Shown: positions 1-10,410, numbered from the stretch's first letter. The stretch: DNA of 32,000 nt from Fibrobacteria bacterium (GCA_050294405.1 JBNKOC010000012.1:103031-135030); one strand, 5' to 3'. A program made the numbers and translations. Notes: generated by a model not told the origin, from the sequence alone.

Positions 1-1
1 A

Positions 2-436
2 GCGCGACCTATGGGAGGAGTGTTTTCAGATAGATTTGGCCGCAGGGGCACTTTGTTAGTTTTGTTTTCTTGCCTCTTTTTTACATATATTGGCATGGGT
101 TTTTTAAATAGCAGTTGGCCCCTGGTTTTTGCCATCATGTTAACTATGCTGTGTTCCTTTTGCGTTCAGTCCGCCGAAGGAGCGGTGTTTTCCATTGTTC
201 CCTTAATAAAAAGACGCATAACAGGCCAAATTGCAGGTATGGTCGGGGCTTACGGTAATGTGGGAGGAGTTTGCTTTCTCACAATTTATAGTTTAGCGAG
301 CCCGCAGGTGTTTTTCTATTCTATTGCCGGATTTAGCCTCATTTCATTAGCCAGTAGCCTGGCGCTAAAAGATCCTAAAGGCAAGATAATGGAAGTGCAG
401 CCCGATGGAACAATAGAAATGCTTGAAGTCGCCTAA
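2..436 (+). CDS. narK: C-terminal fragment of an MFS transporter, NarK/NasA nitrate-nitrite type (5' end outside window)
   Basis: The frame is open to the window edge, reading ARPMGGVFSDRFGRRG. This matches the conserved MFS loop (RPxGGxxSDRxGxR). The later AGMVGAYGNVGG resembles the NarK nitrate signature. It sits next to nirBD. Stop at 434-436. Confidence 0.72.
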   Translation, partial: ARPMGGVFSDRFGRRGTLLVLFSCLFFTYIGMGFLNSSWPLVFAIMLTMLCSFCVQSAEGAVFSIVPLIKRRITGQIAGMVGAYGNVGGVCFLTIYSLASPQVFFYSIAGFSLISLASSLALKDPKGKIMEVQPDGTIEMLEVA

Positions 437-440
437 CCAC

Positions 441-476
441 CGGAGTAGAAAACGTTCTCTTGATGTTTCTACTCCG
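441..476. terminator. Perfect 11-bp stem hairpin between convergent narK-like and nirD genes; likely bidirectional terminator
   Basis: CGGAGTAGAAA (441-451) pairs perfectly with TTTCTACTCCG (466-476), with a 14-nt loop. It lies directly after the narK stop, but the T-tract is weak. Confidence 0.5.
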
Positions 477-626
477 ATATTTCTATTTAAGTGGCCCTTA
501 TAGTCGAGCTCAATTTACATTCCACTTCGATTTGCTTTGCGATGGCACGGAAATTTGATAGATCCTCAAATAAGTAAGTGGCAATCTTTATCGGGGACTT
601 TGTTGCTGCCCCTTTTAAAAGTTTAA

Positions 627-974
627 TTATTCCTGCAGTCCGATATAAACAAAGCCTTTTTCAACTCGCACATTATAGATTTGAATTTTATAGTTTTCAC
701 CGCTTAAGCACTCCCCATTGGTTAGAGAAAATGTTTTTTTATGATGGGGACAGGCAACTTTTGGAATACCATCTTTTGTGCCGGTTAAGCCTCTAGCTAA
801 TACATTATCTCTTTTGTGAGGACATAAATTTTGACAAGCATACCAGTGCTTGTAATTAGAAAAATTAAATATGGCGATTTGTTTGCCCTTTAATTTTGCA
901 CAGGCTCCTCCATTCATTGGGAAATCTGATACGGCAGAAACCTTATGCCAAGTAGTGCTTTGCTGAGCAATCAT
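627..974 (-). CDS. nirD: Nitrite reductase (NADH) small subunit, Rieske [2Fe-2S] type
   Basis: 115 aa with Rieske-like CPHK...CPHH motifs. Overlaps the 3' end of nirB by 4 nt. Confidence 0.9.
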   Translation of the reverse strand: MIAQQSTTWHKVSAVSDFPMNGGACAKLKGKQIAIFNFSNYKHWYACQNLCPHKRDNVLARGLTGTKDGIPKVACPHHKKTFSLTNGECLSGENYKIQIYNVRVEKGFVYIGLQE

Positions 975-3493
975 GCTTTAACCTCTTCTAATTCATTAAC
1001 GATCCATTGGTTAGGGCGCTTTTGTCCCCGTTCATAAATCCATTGTATGTTATCGTCACCTTCATTACTATTAATAAAATGCCGGAATTTTTTACGCTTT
1101 TCAGGGTTTTCAACAGTGGATTTCCATTCGCACTGGTAAGTGTCAATTAGATGCAGCATATCTTTTTCTAAAGTATCGGCGATTCCGAGCTTGTCTTCTA
1201 TAATAACCTCTTTTAAATAGTCTAATCCACCTTGGAGTTTATTAAACCAGGTTGCGGTGCGCGTCAATTTGTCTGCCGTTTTGATATAATACATAATAAA
1301 TCGATCTAAATAACGCACCACAGTTTCTTCTGGAATATCAGTTGCAAGTAAAACTCCATGTTGAGGTTTGGCTCCGCCATTTCCACATACATATAAATTC
1401 CACCCCTTGTCAGTGGCCACAACTCCAAAGTCCTTTGATTGAGCTTCTGCACATTCCCTTACGCATCCAGAACAGGCACTTTTTAGCTTATGCGGGGCTC
1501 TAATTCCTTTATAACGGTTTTCAAGGCGGATAGCAAATCCTGTGGAGTCTTGAACGCCGTAACGGCACCAAGTTGAACCGACACAGCTTTTAACGGTGCG
1601 CAAGGCTTTTCCATAAGCGTGACCACTTTCAAGCCCAACAGCTATCAATTCCTCCCATATTTTGGGAAGTTCATGTAATTGAGCTCCGAAAAGATCTATT
1701 CTTTGGCCACCAGTGATTTTACAATACAAGTTGTATTTTTTTGCAACACTGCCAATGGTAATGAGCTGCTCTGGAAGAATTTCTCCTCCGGGAACACGAG
1801 GAACCACTGAATAAGTCCCTCCCTTTTGTATGTTGGCTAAAAATCTATCATTGGTGTCTTGCAATGTGTCTTGTTCCAAAATCATTTCGTTCCACACGCT
1901 GGCGAATATAGAAGCAATGGCAGGTTTACATACCTCACAGCCCTCTCCACGTCCGTGTTTTAAAAGAAGTTCTGAAAAACTTTTAATTTCCCCGATTTTA
2001 ATCAAGTCGAATAGTTCTTGTCTGGAGTAAGGGAAATGCTCGCAAATGGAGTGTGAAACTGCTTTGCCCTCAGATTCTAGGACGGCATTTAAAATGTCCT
2101 GAACCATTGGTAGACAGCCTCCACAGCCAGTTCCAGCATTTGTACAGTTTTTGAGGGCGCCAATTTCAGTAACGCCGTCTCGAACAGCATTTACGATATC
2201 CCCTTTAGATATGTTGTTACAAGAGCAAATTTGCGCTGAGTCAGGCAAAAAGGCTATTGACATGGGGTTTTCACCTTCTCCGCCTCTTTTGCCAAGTAAT
2301 AGCTCTTCTGGATCTTTAGGAACTGCTGTTTTGTTTTTCATAACTTGTAGCAGTTGATTGTATAGGGAAGCATCCCCTACTAACATACCTCCCAGTAAAT
2401 AGTCTCCATATTTTGATAGGGTAAGTCTTTGGTATACTCCTTTGGGATCGTTTTGATATACCATTGTTTTGGAATCAGGAGTTTCTCCGAAAGCATCTCC
2501 AAAGTTTGCTACATCAACTCCCATTAGCTTTAGCTTTGTGGGAGTGTCGGCACCCTTAAACTCTTTCCTGTCGCCTAGAAGATTACTTGCTAAAACGTCA
2601 GCCATTTCATAGCCAGGAGCTACTAAACCATAAATTAAACCGTTATGCAGTGCCACCTCTCCGATAGCATAAATGTCGGGGTCGGAAGTCTGCAATTTGT
2701 TGTTAATTATGACCCCTCCTCTTGGATGCACATCAAGACCGCAATCTTTGGCGAGTTCGTCTCTGGGGCGAATCCCAGCGGAAACTATGATCATATCCAC
2801 ATCTAGCTCTTCGCCATTTTTAAACAACATTTTTTGTACTTTGCCGTTTCCTTGAATTTCTTGGGTTTGAGTATCTGTATGAACTTTAACTCCTAAGGAT
2901 TCGATACTATTTTTGAGTAACCTACCTCCCATATCATCAATTTGGCGGGGCATAAGTCTTGGCGCAAATTCAATTACATGAGTTTTGAGCCCAAGATCTA
3001 AGGCTGCTTTGGCTGCTTCTAAGCCTAAAAGCCCACCTCCAATAACCGCTGCCTTCTTACTGCTTTTTGAGTATTCAATTATCTGTTCCAAGTCTTCAAT
3101 AGTTCGGTATACAAAGACGCCTTTTTTGTCTACACCTGGGATGGGTGGAACAAAGGCAGATGACCCTGTTGCAAGAACAATTGCATGATAAGGAATTGAA
3201 ACCCCTTTTTCGCTTAATACTAATTTTTTCTCTCTATCTATTTTGGCGGCTTTGTCTCCTACATGCAGTTCAATCTTGTTTTTTTTGTACCAATCTAAAC
3301 TTCCTAACATAAGAGGTTCGGCAGAACGTTCTTCAAAAAATTTTGTCAATTGAACCCGGTCATAAGCTGGCCTAGGTTCTTCGCAAAAAGTAATGAGGTT
3401 ATACTTAATATGATAGGCCTTCTCCACCAGCTTTTCGCAAAGTTTGTGGCCAACCATTCCATTTCCAATAACAATTAAATTTTTCATTTCCAT
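971..3493 (-). CDS. nirB: Nitrite reductase (NADH) large subunit, siroheme/[4Fe-4S], FAD-dependent
   Basis: 840 aa. N-terminal GNGMVGHKLCE FAD-binding domain, BFD-like [2Fe-2S] Cys motifs (CSCNN...CGGC), and sulfite/nitrite reductase siroheme signatures (VKSCVGSTWCRYGVQDS, KSACSGCVRECAEAQ). Confidence 0.97.
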   Translation of the reverse strand: MEMKNLIVIGNGMVGHKLCEKLVEKAYHIKYNLITFCEEPRPAYDRVQLTKFFEERSAEPLMLGSLDWYKKNKIELHVGDKAAKIDREKKLVLSEKGVSIPYHAIVLATGSSAFVPPIPGVDKKGVFVYRTIEDLEQIIEYSKSSKKAAVIGGGLLGLEAAKAALDLGLKTHVIEFAPRLMPRQIDDMGGRLLKNSIESLGVKVHTDTQTQEIQGNGKVQKMLFKNGEELDVDMIIVSAGIRPRDELAKDCGLDVHPRGGVIINNKLQTSDPDIYAIGEVALHNGLIYGLVAPGYEMADVLASNLLGDRKEFKGADTPTKLKLMGVDVANFGDAFGETPDSKTMVYQNDPKGVYQRLTLSKYGDYLLGGMLVGDASLYNQLLQVMKNKTAVPKDPEELLLGKRGGEGENPMSIAFLPDSAQICSCNNISKGDIVNAVRDGVTEIGALKNCTNAGTGCGGCLPMVQDILNAVLESEGKAVSHSICEHFPYSRQELFDLIKIGEIKSFSELLLKHGRGEGCEVCKPAIASIFASVWNEMILEQDTLQDTNDRFLANIQKGGTYSVVPRVPGGEILPEQLITIGSVAKKYNLYCKITGGQRIDLFGAQLHELPKIWEELIAVGLESGHAYGKALRTVKSCVGSTWCRYGVQDSTGFAIRLENRYKGIRAPHKLKSACSGCVRECAEAQSKDFGVVATDKGWNLYVCGNGGAKPQHGVLLATDIPEETVVRYLDRFIMYYIKTADKLTRTATWFNKLQGGLDYLKEVIIEDKLGIADTLEKDMLHLIDTYQCEWKSTVENPEKRKKFRHFINSNEGDDNIQWIYERGQKRPNQWIVNELEEVKA

Positions 3494-3605
3494 AACTTAC
3501 TAATCGGTTTTGTGAGATAACTAATAACGTGAAAGCAAAACCTATACCATCTCCAAACCTTGTTTTTTGTTAAAAAATAAGGAAAATGGAGCGTTGCTGG
3601 AATAA

Positions 3606-3629
3606 ATTGTCATACAATTTTCTGACAAT
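3606..3629. promoter_or_regulatory. Inverted repeat ATTGTCA-N10-TGACAAT in the nirB/kinase divergent region; candidate operator
   Basis: 7-bp perfect arms (3606-3612 and 3623-3629) placed immediately upstream of a TTGACA-like -35 element. Confidence 0.4.
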
Positions 3630-3631
3630 AC

Positions 3632-3660
3632 TTGACATTGTATATTAACCCCTAAATATA
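3632..3660 (+). promoter_or_regulatory. Candidate sigma70-type promoter for the phosphatase/kinase gene
   Basis: TTGACA (3632-3637), 17-nt spacer, AATATA (3655-3660). This placement would make ATG 3714 the natural start codon. Confidence 0.4.
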
Positions 3661-3713
3661 TGAGTTTCACAGAGTCTCTTTTTTGGTACAAGTGTTGCTC
3701 TTTCATAATAAAT

Positions 3714-5441
3714 ATGATAGCCATCCAAGAACGCAATAATCACAAGCTAGAAATAGTTTTGGGTCAATCCAGTTTGACTGGTCTTAGGGAGCGTAATGAA
3801 GATTTTTATGCATGTATTAAGCCGCAAAAGGTATCGACTTTAAATTACAAGGGTATTGCAGCAGTAATTGCGGATGGTGTTGGAGATACGGGTTATGGAC
3901 AAGAGGCTAGCCGTTATGCGGTGAGCACTTTTTTCTCAGAATATTTCAGTACTCCCGATTCTTGGAGCATAGAGCGATCCGGGGAAGAGGTGATAAAATC
4001 CATTAACAGTTGGTTGTACTCCCAGTCAGAACGCAACATTGGGGATAGTGGCCTTATGACGGCTTTCTCTGCAGCTATTTTATGTGGAAGCACTCTGCAT
4101 ATTTTCCATGTGGGAGACACAAGAATTTATTTAAAAGCAAAAAATAAATTAAAAAGGCTCACCAAGGATCATAGGGCTCATCACGGCCAAAATCAAATAA
4201 TTCGGGCATTGGGGTTAGATAGTAATGTTTACATCGATTATACACAGGAGATATTGGAACCAGATTCTTCTGTTATTATGATGACGGATGGCGTGCATAA
4301 TTATTTATCTGATGATAAAATCACAGGTTTTTTAAATAAGTTTGCAGCTCCTCAAGTGGCTTCAGAAGCATTAACAATGGCATCTCTTCGTGAGGGAAGT
4401 ACTGATAACATAAGCTGTCAAATAATTAACATAAAACACCTTCCTCCGTCGACAAAAAATGAAATTTATCAACGTTCCCGTGACTTGAAATTCCCCCCTC
4501 CCTTGAAAGTGGGTGCTTTTGTGGATTCTTATGAAATTCAGGAAGAACTAGGTTATGGAGCTATGGGGATAGTGTATTCCGCTTACGATTCTAAGAATGA
4601 TAAAGTGGTGGCTTTAAAGTGTCCCCGACAAGAATTTGAACAGGATATTATTTTCAGGGAAAGGCTCCTAAGGGAGGAATGGATTGGCCAGCGAGTTCAC
4701 AATCCAAATTTGATGAAAGTGCTGAATCCGAGTCATGTGCGCATGGAATACCATTATTTGGTAATGGAGTATTGTAAGGGATTTTCTCTTCGGGAACAAT
4801 TGGATAGTGGTAAGCATTTTAGTCATAATGATGTTGTTGAAATTGCTAAACAAATATGCAGAGGGTTGACAGAACTTCATCACATGGAAATTGTCCATAG
4901 GGATATTAAACCTGATAGTATTATTTGGAGTCAAGACGGTATGGTTAAGATAATCGACTATGGCATAGCCAAAGTTGGTAGTTTAAAATCTTTAACTTCA
5001 AATGCCAACGCTCCATGGATGGGAAGTCCCAATTACATGGCTCCTGAGATGTTCAAAAACAGTAGGGGGAATTCTGTCACGGATATATTCAGCCTTGGTG
5101 TCACCATGTATGAACTGTTAACAAGCTCCATGCCATATGGGGAGATAGACGCTGGAAAAGGTTATAAGAATACTGAGTTTGTTTCTTTACAAGAACTAAA
5201 CCCGGAAGTACCTAGCTGGCTTTCTACGGTGGTAGTTAAATGTTTGCACTTAGATCCTGACTCACGGTATCAAGCTGCTTCAGAAGTTCTATATGATTTG
5301 GAACATCCAGAAAAGGTTTTGCCTGATATGCGTTTTATTCCTTTATTGGAACGAAACCCTGTACTTGTTTGGAAAGTGATTTCGGCGACATTGCTTGGGA
5401 TTGTAGTTGTTTTGTCAGTGCTTTTGATTCGAGGGCGTTAA
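3714..5441 (+). CDS. Bifunctional PP2C-type phosphatase / Ser-Thr protein kinase with C-terminal TM helix, nitrite-assimilation associated
   Basis: PP2C motifs (RERNEDFY, IADGVGD, GDTRIYL, MMTDGVHN, GSTDNIS) are followed by a kinase domain (LGYGAMGIVYSA, VALKCP, VHRDIKPDS, IIDYGIAK, GSPNYMAPEM) and a C-terminal TM helix. The track starts at ATG 3660, but ATG 3714 fits better with the promoter and domain start. Confidence 0.88.
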   Translation: MIAIQERNNHKLEIVLGQSSLTGLRERNEDFYACIKPQKVSTLNYKGIAAVIADGVGDTGYGQEASRYAVSTFFSEYFSTPDSWSIERSGEEVIKSINSWLYSQSERNIGDSGLMTAFSAAILCGSTLHIFHVGDTRIYLKAKNKLKRLTKDHRAHHGQNQIIRALGLDSNVYIDYTQEILEPDSSVIMMTDGVHNYLSDDKITGFLNKFAAPQVASEALTMASLREGSTDNISCQIINIKHLPPSTKNEIYQRSRDLKFPPPLKVGAFVDSYEIQEELGYGAMGIVYSAYDSKNDKVVALKCPRQEFEQDIIFRERLLREEWIGQRVHNPNLMKVLNPSHVRMEYHYLVMEYCKGFSLREQLDSGKHFSHNDVVEIAKQICRGLTELHHMEIVHRDIKPDSIIWSQDGMVKIIDYGIAKVGSLKSLTSNANAPWMGSPNYMAPEMFKNSRGNSVTDIFSLGVTMYELLTSSMPYGEIDAGKGYKNTEFVSLQELNPEVPSWLSTVVVKCLHLDPDSRYQAASEVLYDLEHPEKVLPDMRFIPLLERNPVLVWKVISATLLGIVVVLSVLLIRGR

Positions 5442-5463
5442 CAGGTTAACATAAGCCCAAAAA

Positions 5464-5871
5464 TTATTCAGCGGGGAATAAATCGTAAATAAAAACCGGA
5501 GGTTTTATGGGATGCCCTTTTGGATGTATAAAGGCATGCAGCGTTTGCCCTGTGGCAATCGTATTGCCATTTTTTTGAACCTCATAACAAAATTTAATTT
5601 TTGCTTTACCAACAAGATATCGGGTAGATTTTATTGTGATGGTATCGCCAAAAAAAGCAGGTTTTTTGTAGGTAGCTTGGGAAGCTATCACAGGAATGAG
5701 AATGTTATTTTTTTCCATCTCCTGATAGGGGTACCCTAAATCTTCAAAAATTTCGATTCGAGCCGCTTCAAAATAGGTATAGTAATTTCCATGGTGGACA
5801 AAGCCCATGGCATCCGTTTCTGCATATCTGATTTTTATATTAAAGAAATGTGGGTTATGGGGGTGTTCCAT
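5464..5871 (-). CDS. Acyl-CoA thioesterase, 4HBT/YbgC-like hot-dog fold
   Basis: Starts IRYAETDAMGFVHHGNYYTYFEAARIE, the canonical 4HBT signature. 135 aa. Confidence 0.9.
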   Translation of the reverse strand: MEHPHNPHFFNIKIRYAETDAMGFVHHGNYYTYFEAARIEIFEDLGYPYQEMEKNNILIPVIASQATYKKPAFFGDTITIKSTRYLVGKAKIKFCYEVQKNGNTIATGQTLHAFIHPKGHPIKPPVFIYDLFPAE

Positions 5872-7250
5872 TATGCGGCATTTGGAACGCTTTTTTTAGA
5901 AGCGGTTAATATCCAGATAGTGGCTATACTACCCATTAACATGTTAGTTAGCATAGGGGCGTAGTGAAGGCCGTATTCGCCAAGCGTGGTATGCTTGGAT
6001 AAAATATAACTCAGAGCAAAATTAACGACTGCAATCCTTAATATAGTTATATACATGCTGGGAGTTCCCCTTCCCAGGCCTTGAAAGGCGCCGCCGGCAA
6101 CCATGGCCATTCCTATAAAGCCGTAGCTTAAGCTAACGCAGGATAAATAATGGATAGCAGAAACAAGGGTCTGTTTTTCCGGGTTAAATAACCCCAGTAA
6201 AGGACCTTTTAACAAAAATAAGATGACTCCAACCAATGAAGCGCAGATAAAAACGGATAATAGGCCTTTTACAATGGATTCCCGAACTCTCTCAATATTT
6301 TGCGCACCATAGTTTTGGCCCACCAAAGAAACAATGGCCGACATGATGGATAAGGAGGTAAAAACTCCAATGGTGTCTATTCTCATTCCAATTCCCAATG
6401 CGGCAATTGCAGAAGAGCCAAATGGAGTAGCCAGGGCGGTTAACAGTGTTACCCCTACACCGAACATGGATTGGCTAACGGATGCTGGCAGGGAAACTCT
6501 GATAATGCTTTTTAAATGTTGGGTGTCCGACCAGCTTGGGAGGATGGGCCATTTTAAAGCGCTTTTTCCTTTAAGGAAATACATTACGATAACTAAAGAC
6601 ATGGTGAAGTTTGCCACTACTGTTGCAATAGCTGCTCCAGGTACTCCCCAACCAAGGCCCTGTATATTCATTCCCAAAAATTTAAAACTGTCAAAAATAA
6701 AAAGTGGGTCCAGAATCAAATTTAAAATGGTTCCATAGAACATAGCCATGGATAGGGTTCGCATGTTTCCTTCGGCCCTCAATGCGCCTCCCAAAACAAG
6801 AGCTGAGGAGGTAAACATAAACCCAATCATTACAATTAGCACATAGGATTGGGTCAGGCCGGAAGTTATGGGGTCTACTTTTAATCCGGCCAAATAAAAT
6901 TTTAAAATAAATGGAATGAGTATAATTAAAACTACAAATACTCCCAAAGCAGTGAGAACGGTTTGCGCTAATGTTTGTTCCGCCTCTTTAACTTTTTTTG
7001 CCCCTAAAAGTTGGGCGAGTATGGCAGAACTTCCAGAGTTAAGTCCGTTAAAAAGGGCGAAAGGCACATAGAACATGGGAAAGCCGTAATTGAGAACGGC
7101 CATAGATGCCTGTGTACCCAATCTGGAAACGTACATGGCGTCGGCGATATTGAGCACCATATGAGCTACTAGCCCCAGAAACATGGGCAGTGCCATGCGG
7201 ACTATATGGGGGATTATATTGCCCTGGGTTAAATCTTTTTTGCTTTGCAT
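5871..7250 (-). CDS. MATE family (multidrug/sodium) efflux transporter
   Basis: 459 aa, roughly 12 TM segments, MATE-like motifs (FNPEKQ loop, GLGWGVPGAAIATVVA, QNYGAQN). Overlaps the thioesterase start by 1 nt. Confidence 0.93.
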   Translation of the reverse strand: MQSKKDLTQGNIIPHIVRMALPMFLGLVAHMVLNIADAMYVSRLGTQASMAVLNYGFPMFYVPFALFNGLNSGSSAILAQLLGAKKVKEAEQTLAQTVLTALGVFVVLIILIPFILKFYLAGLKVDPITSGLTQSYVLIVMIGFMFTSSALVLGGALRAEGNMRTLSMAMFYGTILNLILDPLFIFDSFKFLGMNIQGLGWGVPGAAIATVVANFTMSLVIVMYFLKGKSALKWPILPSWSDTQHLKSIIRVSLPASVSQSMFGVGVTLLTALATPFGSSAIAALGIGMRIDTIGVFTSLSIMSAIVSLVGQNYGAQNIERVRESIVKGLLSVFICASLVGVILFLLKGPLLGLFNPEKQTLVSAIHYLSCVSLSYGFIGMAMVAGGAFQGLGRGTPSMYITILRIAVVNFALSYILSKHTTLGEYGLHYAPMLTNMLMGSIATIWILTASKKSVPNAA

Positions 7251-7269
7251 TTGTCCGGCATTTTTTGGC

Positions 7270-7773
7270 CTAGGTGGGCCTTGACCCCCTGGTCATTATG
7301 ATTTTACCGGATCGAACATACTCAATAATGCCAAACTTGTCTAGCATAAGGTGAAGGGCGTCTAGCTTGTCAGAATTGCCGGTAGCTTGCAAAATCAGAT
7401 TTTCTTCTGTTAAATCCACAGTTTGACATTTAAAATGTTTTGAAATTTGCAGAATTTCCGATCTTTGATCCGCATTGCAATTGACTTTGATAAGCAACAG
7501 CTCCTTTTCAATATTTCCTTCGGAAGAATGGTGTTGGGCGTGAATAACGTCCACCAATTTGTTGAGTTGTTTGATGATTTGATCGAATGTTAAGGGATCG
7601 CCACTGGCAACCAGACTCATTCTGGAAAAATTAGGATCGTGAGCCGGAGAAACTACAGCGCTTTCAATATTAAAACCCCTGCGGGCAAAAACCAGGGCGA
7701 TGCGAATAAGAACACCTGGTCGGTTATTTACCAAAAGACTAATTGGATATTGTTCCATTTTTTGACTGTTCAT
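7270..7773 (-). CDS. ilvN: Acetolactate synthase small (regulatory) subunit
   Basis: ACT domain starting ISLLVNNRPGVLIRIALVFARRGFNIESAVVSP; adjacent to ilvB. Confidence 0.92.
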   Translation of the reverse strand: MNSQKMEQYPISLLVNNRPGVLIRIALVFARRGFNIESAVVSPAHDPNFSRMSLVASGDPLTFDQIIKQLNKLVDVIHAQHHSSEGNIEKELLLIKVNCNADQRSEILQISKHFKCQTVDLTEENLILQATGNSDKLDALHLMLDKFGIIEYVRSGKIIMTRGSRPT

Positions 7774-7774
7774 A

Positions 7775-9490
7775 TTAAGTACTCCCTTTTGGTTTTTCCA
7801 CAGCTTCTTTGGGACGTTCCAGCATCATTTTTGAATAGGGAGCTCCCGCGGGAACCATTGGGAAAACATTATCTTCCTTCTCTACTTCTGCGTGAATCAC
7901 ACAAGGACCTTCGTTATACTCCATAGCCGCTTGCAGCACTTTTCTTACTTCAGCATTTCTTTTAATGCGAAAGCCTTTGCAGCCATAGGCTTCAGCCAGT
8001 TTTACAAAGTTGGGGTTTCCAACCATATCTACACCGGAATATCTGTTATCAAAAAAGATATCTTGCCATTGGCGAACCATGCCTAAATACCGATTGTCTA
8101 TTACCAGTATTTTAATGGGAAGTTTATGAATAACAGCCGTAGAAATTTCGCACAAAGTCATTTGAAAACCGCCGTCACCAACAATAGCTACTACCTGTTC
8201 TTCTGGCATAGCCAATTGAGCGCCGATTGCGGCAGGGAATCCAAATCCCATCGTGCCGGCACCACCGGAAGATATCCAGAAGTTTCTTTTATTTACTTTG
8301 TAAAATTGGGCCGCCCACATTTGATGCTGCCCTACATCGGTAGTCACTATGGCTCCGCCCTGGGTTACATGGTAGAGTTCATCAATTACATATTCGGATT
8401 TTAAGCCCCCCTGTTTTTTGTACTTGAGAGGGTATTGCTTTTTCCATTTTTGAACTTGCTTAACCCAGTTTTCTGTATCTCCAGGTCTTACCATGGTGTT
8501 GAGTTCTTCAACCACCAATCTGGCGTCTCCTAAAACAAAGATATCGGGTTGAATCATCTTTCCATTTTCGGATAGGTCTATGTCAACATGTATCTTTACA
8601 GCGTCTTTACAAAATTCATCCAGTTTGCCAACAATACGGTCATCCCATCTGGAACCAATGGACATTATTAAATCGCAATCCATTACAGCGTAATTGGCGT
8701 ATGCCGTTCCGTGCATACCTAACATCCCTAAGTTTAAAGGATGGGTTTCCGGAAAAGCCCCTTTTCCCAAAAGAGTATTTACCACGGGAATCTTCATTTT
8801 TTCCACTAAATTGGAAATAGCCTTGGAAGCGTTGCTGATAACAGCGCCATGCCCTAATAGCAAAATCGGTTTTTTGGCGTTGTTCAATGCTGTGGCCACA
8901 GCCTGGATGTCCTCAAACTCTCCTCTGCCAGGAATAGTGTAACCAGGAAGATTTTTTTCCACGGAAAAATCGGGTTCGAATGGAGTAGAGGAAACATCCT
9001 TGGGCAAGTCTATGAGAACGGGTCCTGGACGTCCTGTTTCGGCAAGGTAAAAAGATTCTTTAACTATTTTTGGGATTTCCGTAACATCTTTAACCAGGTA
9101 GCTGTGTTTTACAACCGGGTAAGAGATTCCGGATACATCGGCTTCCTGGAAGGCGTCCAAACCTAAATTAGCTGTTATTGTTTGCCCGCAAATGATAATC
9201 ATAGGAATTGAATCCATGTGAGCTGTCATAATTCCTGTTATGGTATTAGTGGCCCCGGGACCGGAAGTGACCAGAACAACACCTGCCTTGCCTGTGGCTC
9301 TGGCATATCCATCTGCCATATGAGTGGCTCCCTGCTCGTGGCGGGAAAGAATTAATTTGATTGGAGAATCAATTATGGCGTCAAAAATAGGAATGCTTGC
9401 GCCACCCGGGTAGCCGAAAATATATTCAACCCCATGCTGTTCTAGCCCATCTATTAGTGCTTGAGCTCCAGTTCTTGTAAGTTTACTCAT
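7775..9490 (-). CDS. ilvB: Acetolactate synthase large (catalytic) subunit, ThDP-dependent
   Basis: 571 aa. Motifs [49 protein letters not shown]...N (ThDP binding). Confidence 0.96.
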   Translation of the reverse strand: MSKLTRTGAQALIDGLEQHGVEYIFGYPGGASIPIFDAIIDSPIKLILSRHEQGATHMADGYARATGKAGVVLVTSGPGATNTITGIMTAHMDSIPMIIICGQTITANLGLDAFQEADVSGISYPVVKHSYLVKDVTEIPKIVKESFYLAETGRPGPVLIDLPKDVSSTPFEPDFSVEKNLPGYTIPGRGEFEDIQAVATALNNAKKPILLLGHGAVISNASKAISNLVEKMKIPVVNTLLGKGAFPETHPLNLGMLGMHGTAYANYAVMDCDLIMSIGSRWDDRIVGKLDEFCKDAVKIHVDIDLSENGKMIQPDIFVLGDARLVVEELNTMVRPGDTENWVKQVQKWKKQYPLKYKKQGGLKSEYVIDELYHVTQGGAIVTTDVGQHQMWAAQFYKVNKRNFWISSGGAGTMGFGFPAAIGAQLAMPEEQVVAIVGDGGFQMTLCEISTAVIHKLPIKILVIDNRYLGMVRQWQDIFFDNRYSGVDMVGNPNFVKLAEAYGCKGFRIKRNAEVRKVLQAAMEYNEGPCVIHAEVEKEDNVFPMVPAGAPYSKMMLERPKEAVEKPKGST

Positions 9491-9712
9491 AATTATACCA
9501 TTTATTTGGTTGGGTGTTGGTTTACTGTGGTAATTCTACTAATTTTTACCAGTTTTTCCAGTACATTTTTGAAAATAATATTAACTTTTAAAAATATTCG
9601 CTAATTTTAGAGATAGTCAATATAGTTATGAGTGAAGTATATCTATAAAACTAGATTTTTTTGCCAAATAGTCGGCGAATACTGTTTGATACTGTTAAAA
9701 AATAGGTGATAA

Positions 9713-10384
9713 ATGGACAAAATAAGTTCTGGTATGCTGCCCAGAGAAAAAATAATGCGTTTTGGGGTGGAAAAGTTAGAGGTATGGGAGTTGTTTGCTG
9801 TAGTTTTAGGGGTTGGTTACCCAGGAAAAGGTATTCTGGAACTTTCCAAAGATATCATTGAGGGTATTTCTGCCAACTCTAGTTATCCTAATCTTGAAGA
9901 ATTGGTTCAAATAAAGGGAATTGGTGAGGCTAAGGCTTGCAAAATATTAGCTGTTTTGGAGCTTTCCAAAAGGTTTATACCATTTGCAGAAAGAGCTAGT
10001 CTTAATTGCCCAGAGGATTTTATTCCGCTACTAGCACCCTTAAAATTTGCCAACCAGGAAGAGTTTTGGGTTTTTACGCTGGATTCAACAAATAAGCTTA
10101 TACAATCCCATGCAGTTACAAAAGGTTTGGTGAACCAAAGCCCCATTCATCCCCGAGAGGTTTTTGCTCCTGCTATAGTAGATAGAGCTGTAAACCTAGT
10201 TTTATGCCATAACCATCCTTCTGGAAGCCTCAAACCCTCCAGGGCAGATTTGGATGTGACTCGGGAATTGGTGAGTTTGGGTTCTCAATTAAAAATACCC
10301 ATCCTAGATCATATTATCGTATCCAGCAAAGGTATATGTTCTTTATCCAGGGAAATGCCGGATTTATTTTTGTATGGCCCTTAG
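9713..10384 (+). CDS. radC: RadC family protein (MPN+/JAB domain)
   Basis: HhH region (VQIKGIGEAKACKILA) and metal-binding CHNHPSGSLKPSRADLDVT. Confidence 0.92.
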   Translation: MDKISSGMLPREKIMRFGVEKLEVWELFAVVLGVGYPGKGILELSKDIIEGISANSSYPNLEELVQIKGIGEAKACKILAVLELSKRFIPFAERASLNCPEDFIPLLAPLKFANQEEFWVFTLDSTNKLIQSHAVTKGLVNQSPIHPREVFAPAIVDRAVNLVLCHNHPSGSLKPSRADLDVTRELVSLGSQLKIPILDHIIVSSKGICSLSREMPDLFLYGP

Positions 10385-10410
10385 GGGAAAAGAAGACCAT
10401 AATTAGGTAC

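Noticed and set aside
5439-5463. TTAACAGGTTAA palindrome between convergent kinase and thioesterase genes
   Set aside because: Very short AT-rich symmetry expected by chance; no GC stem or T-tract.
9491-9712. Attenuator, T-box or leader peptide upstream of ilvB
   Set aside because: The AT-rich 222-nt gap shows no clear Leu/Ile/Val-rich leader ORF, T-box sequence or strong terminator hairpin by eye.
9713-10384. radC as evidence of a mobile or genomic island
   Set aside because: radC occurs commonly in core chromosomes. No integrase, transposase, tRNA or direct repeats are seen nearby.
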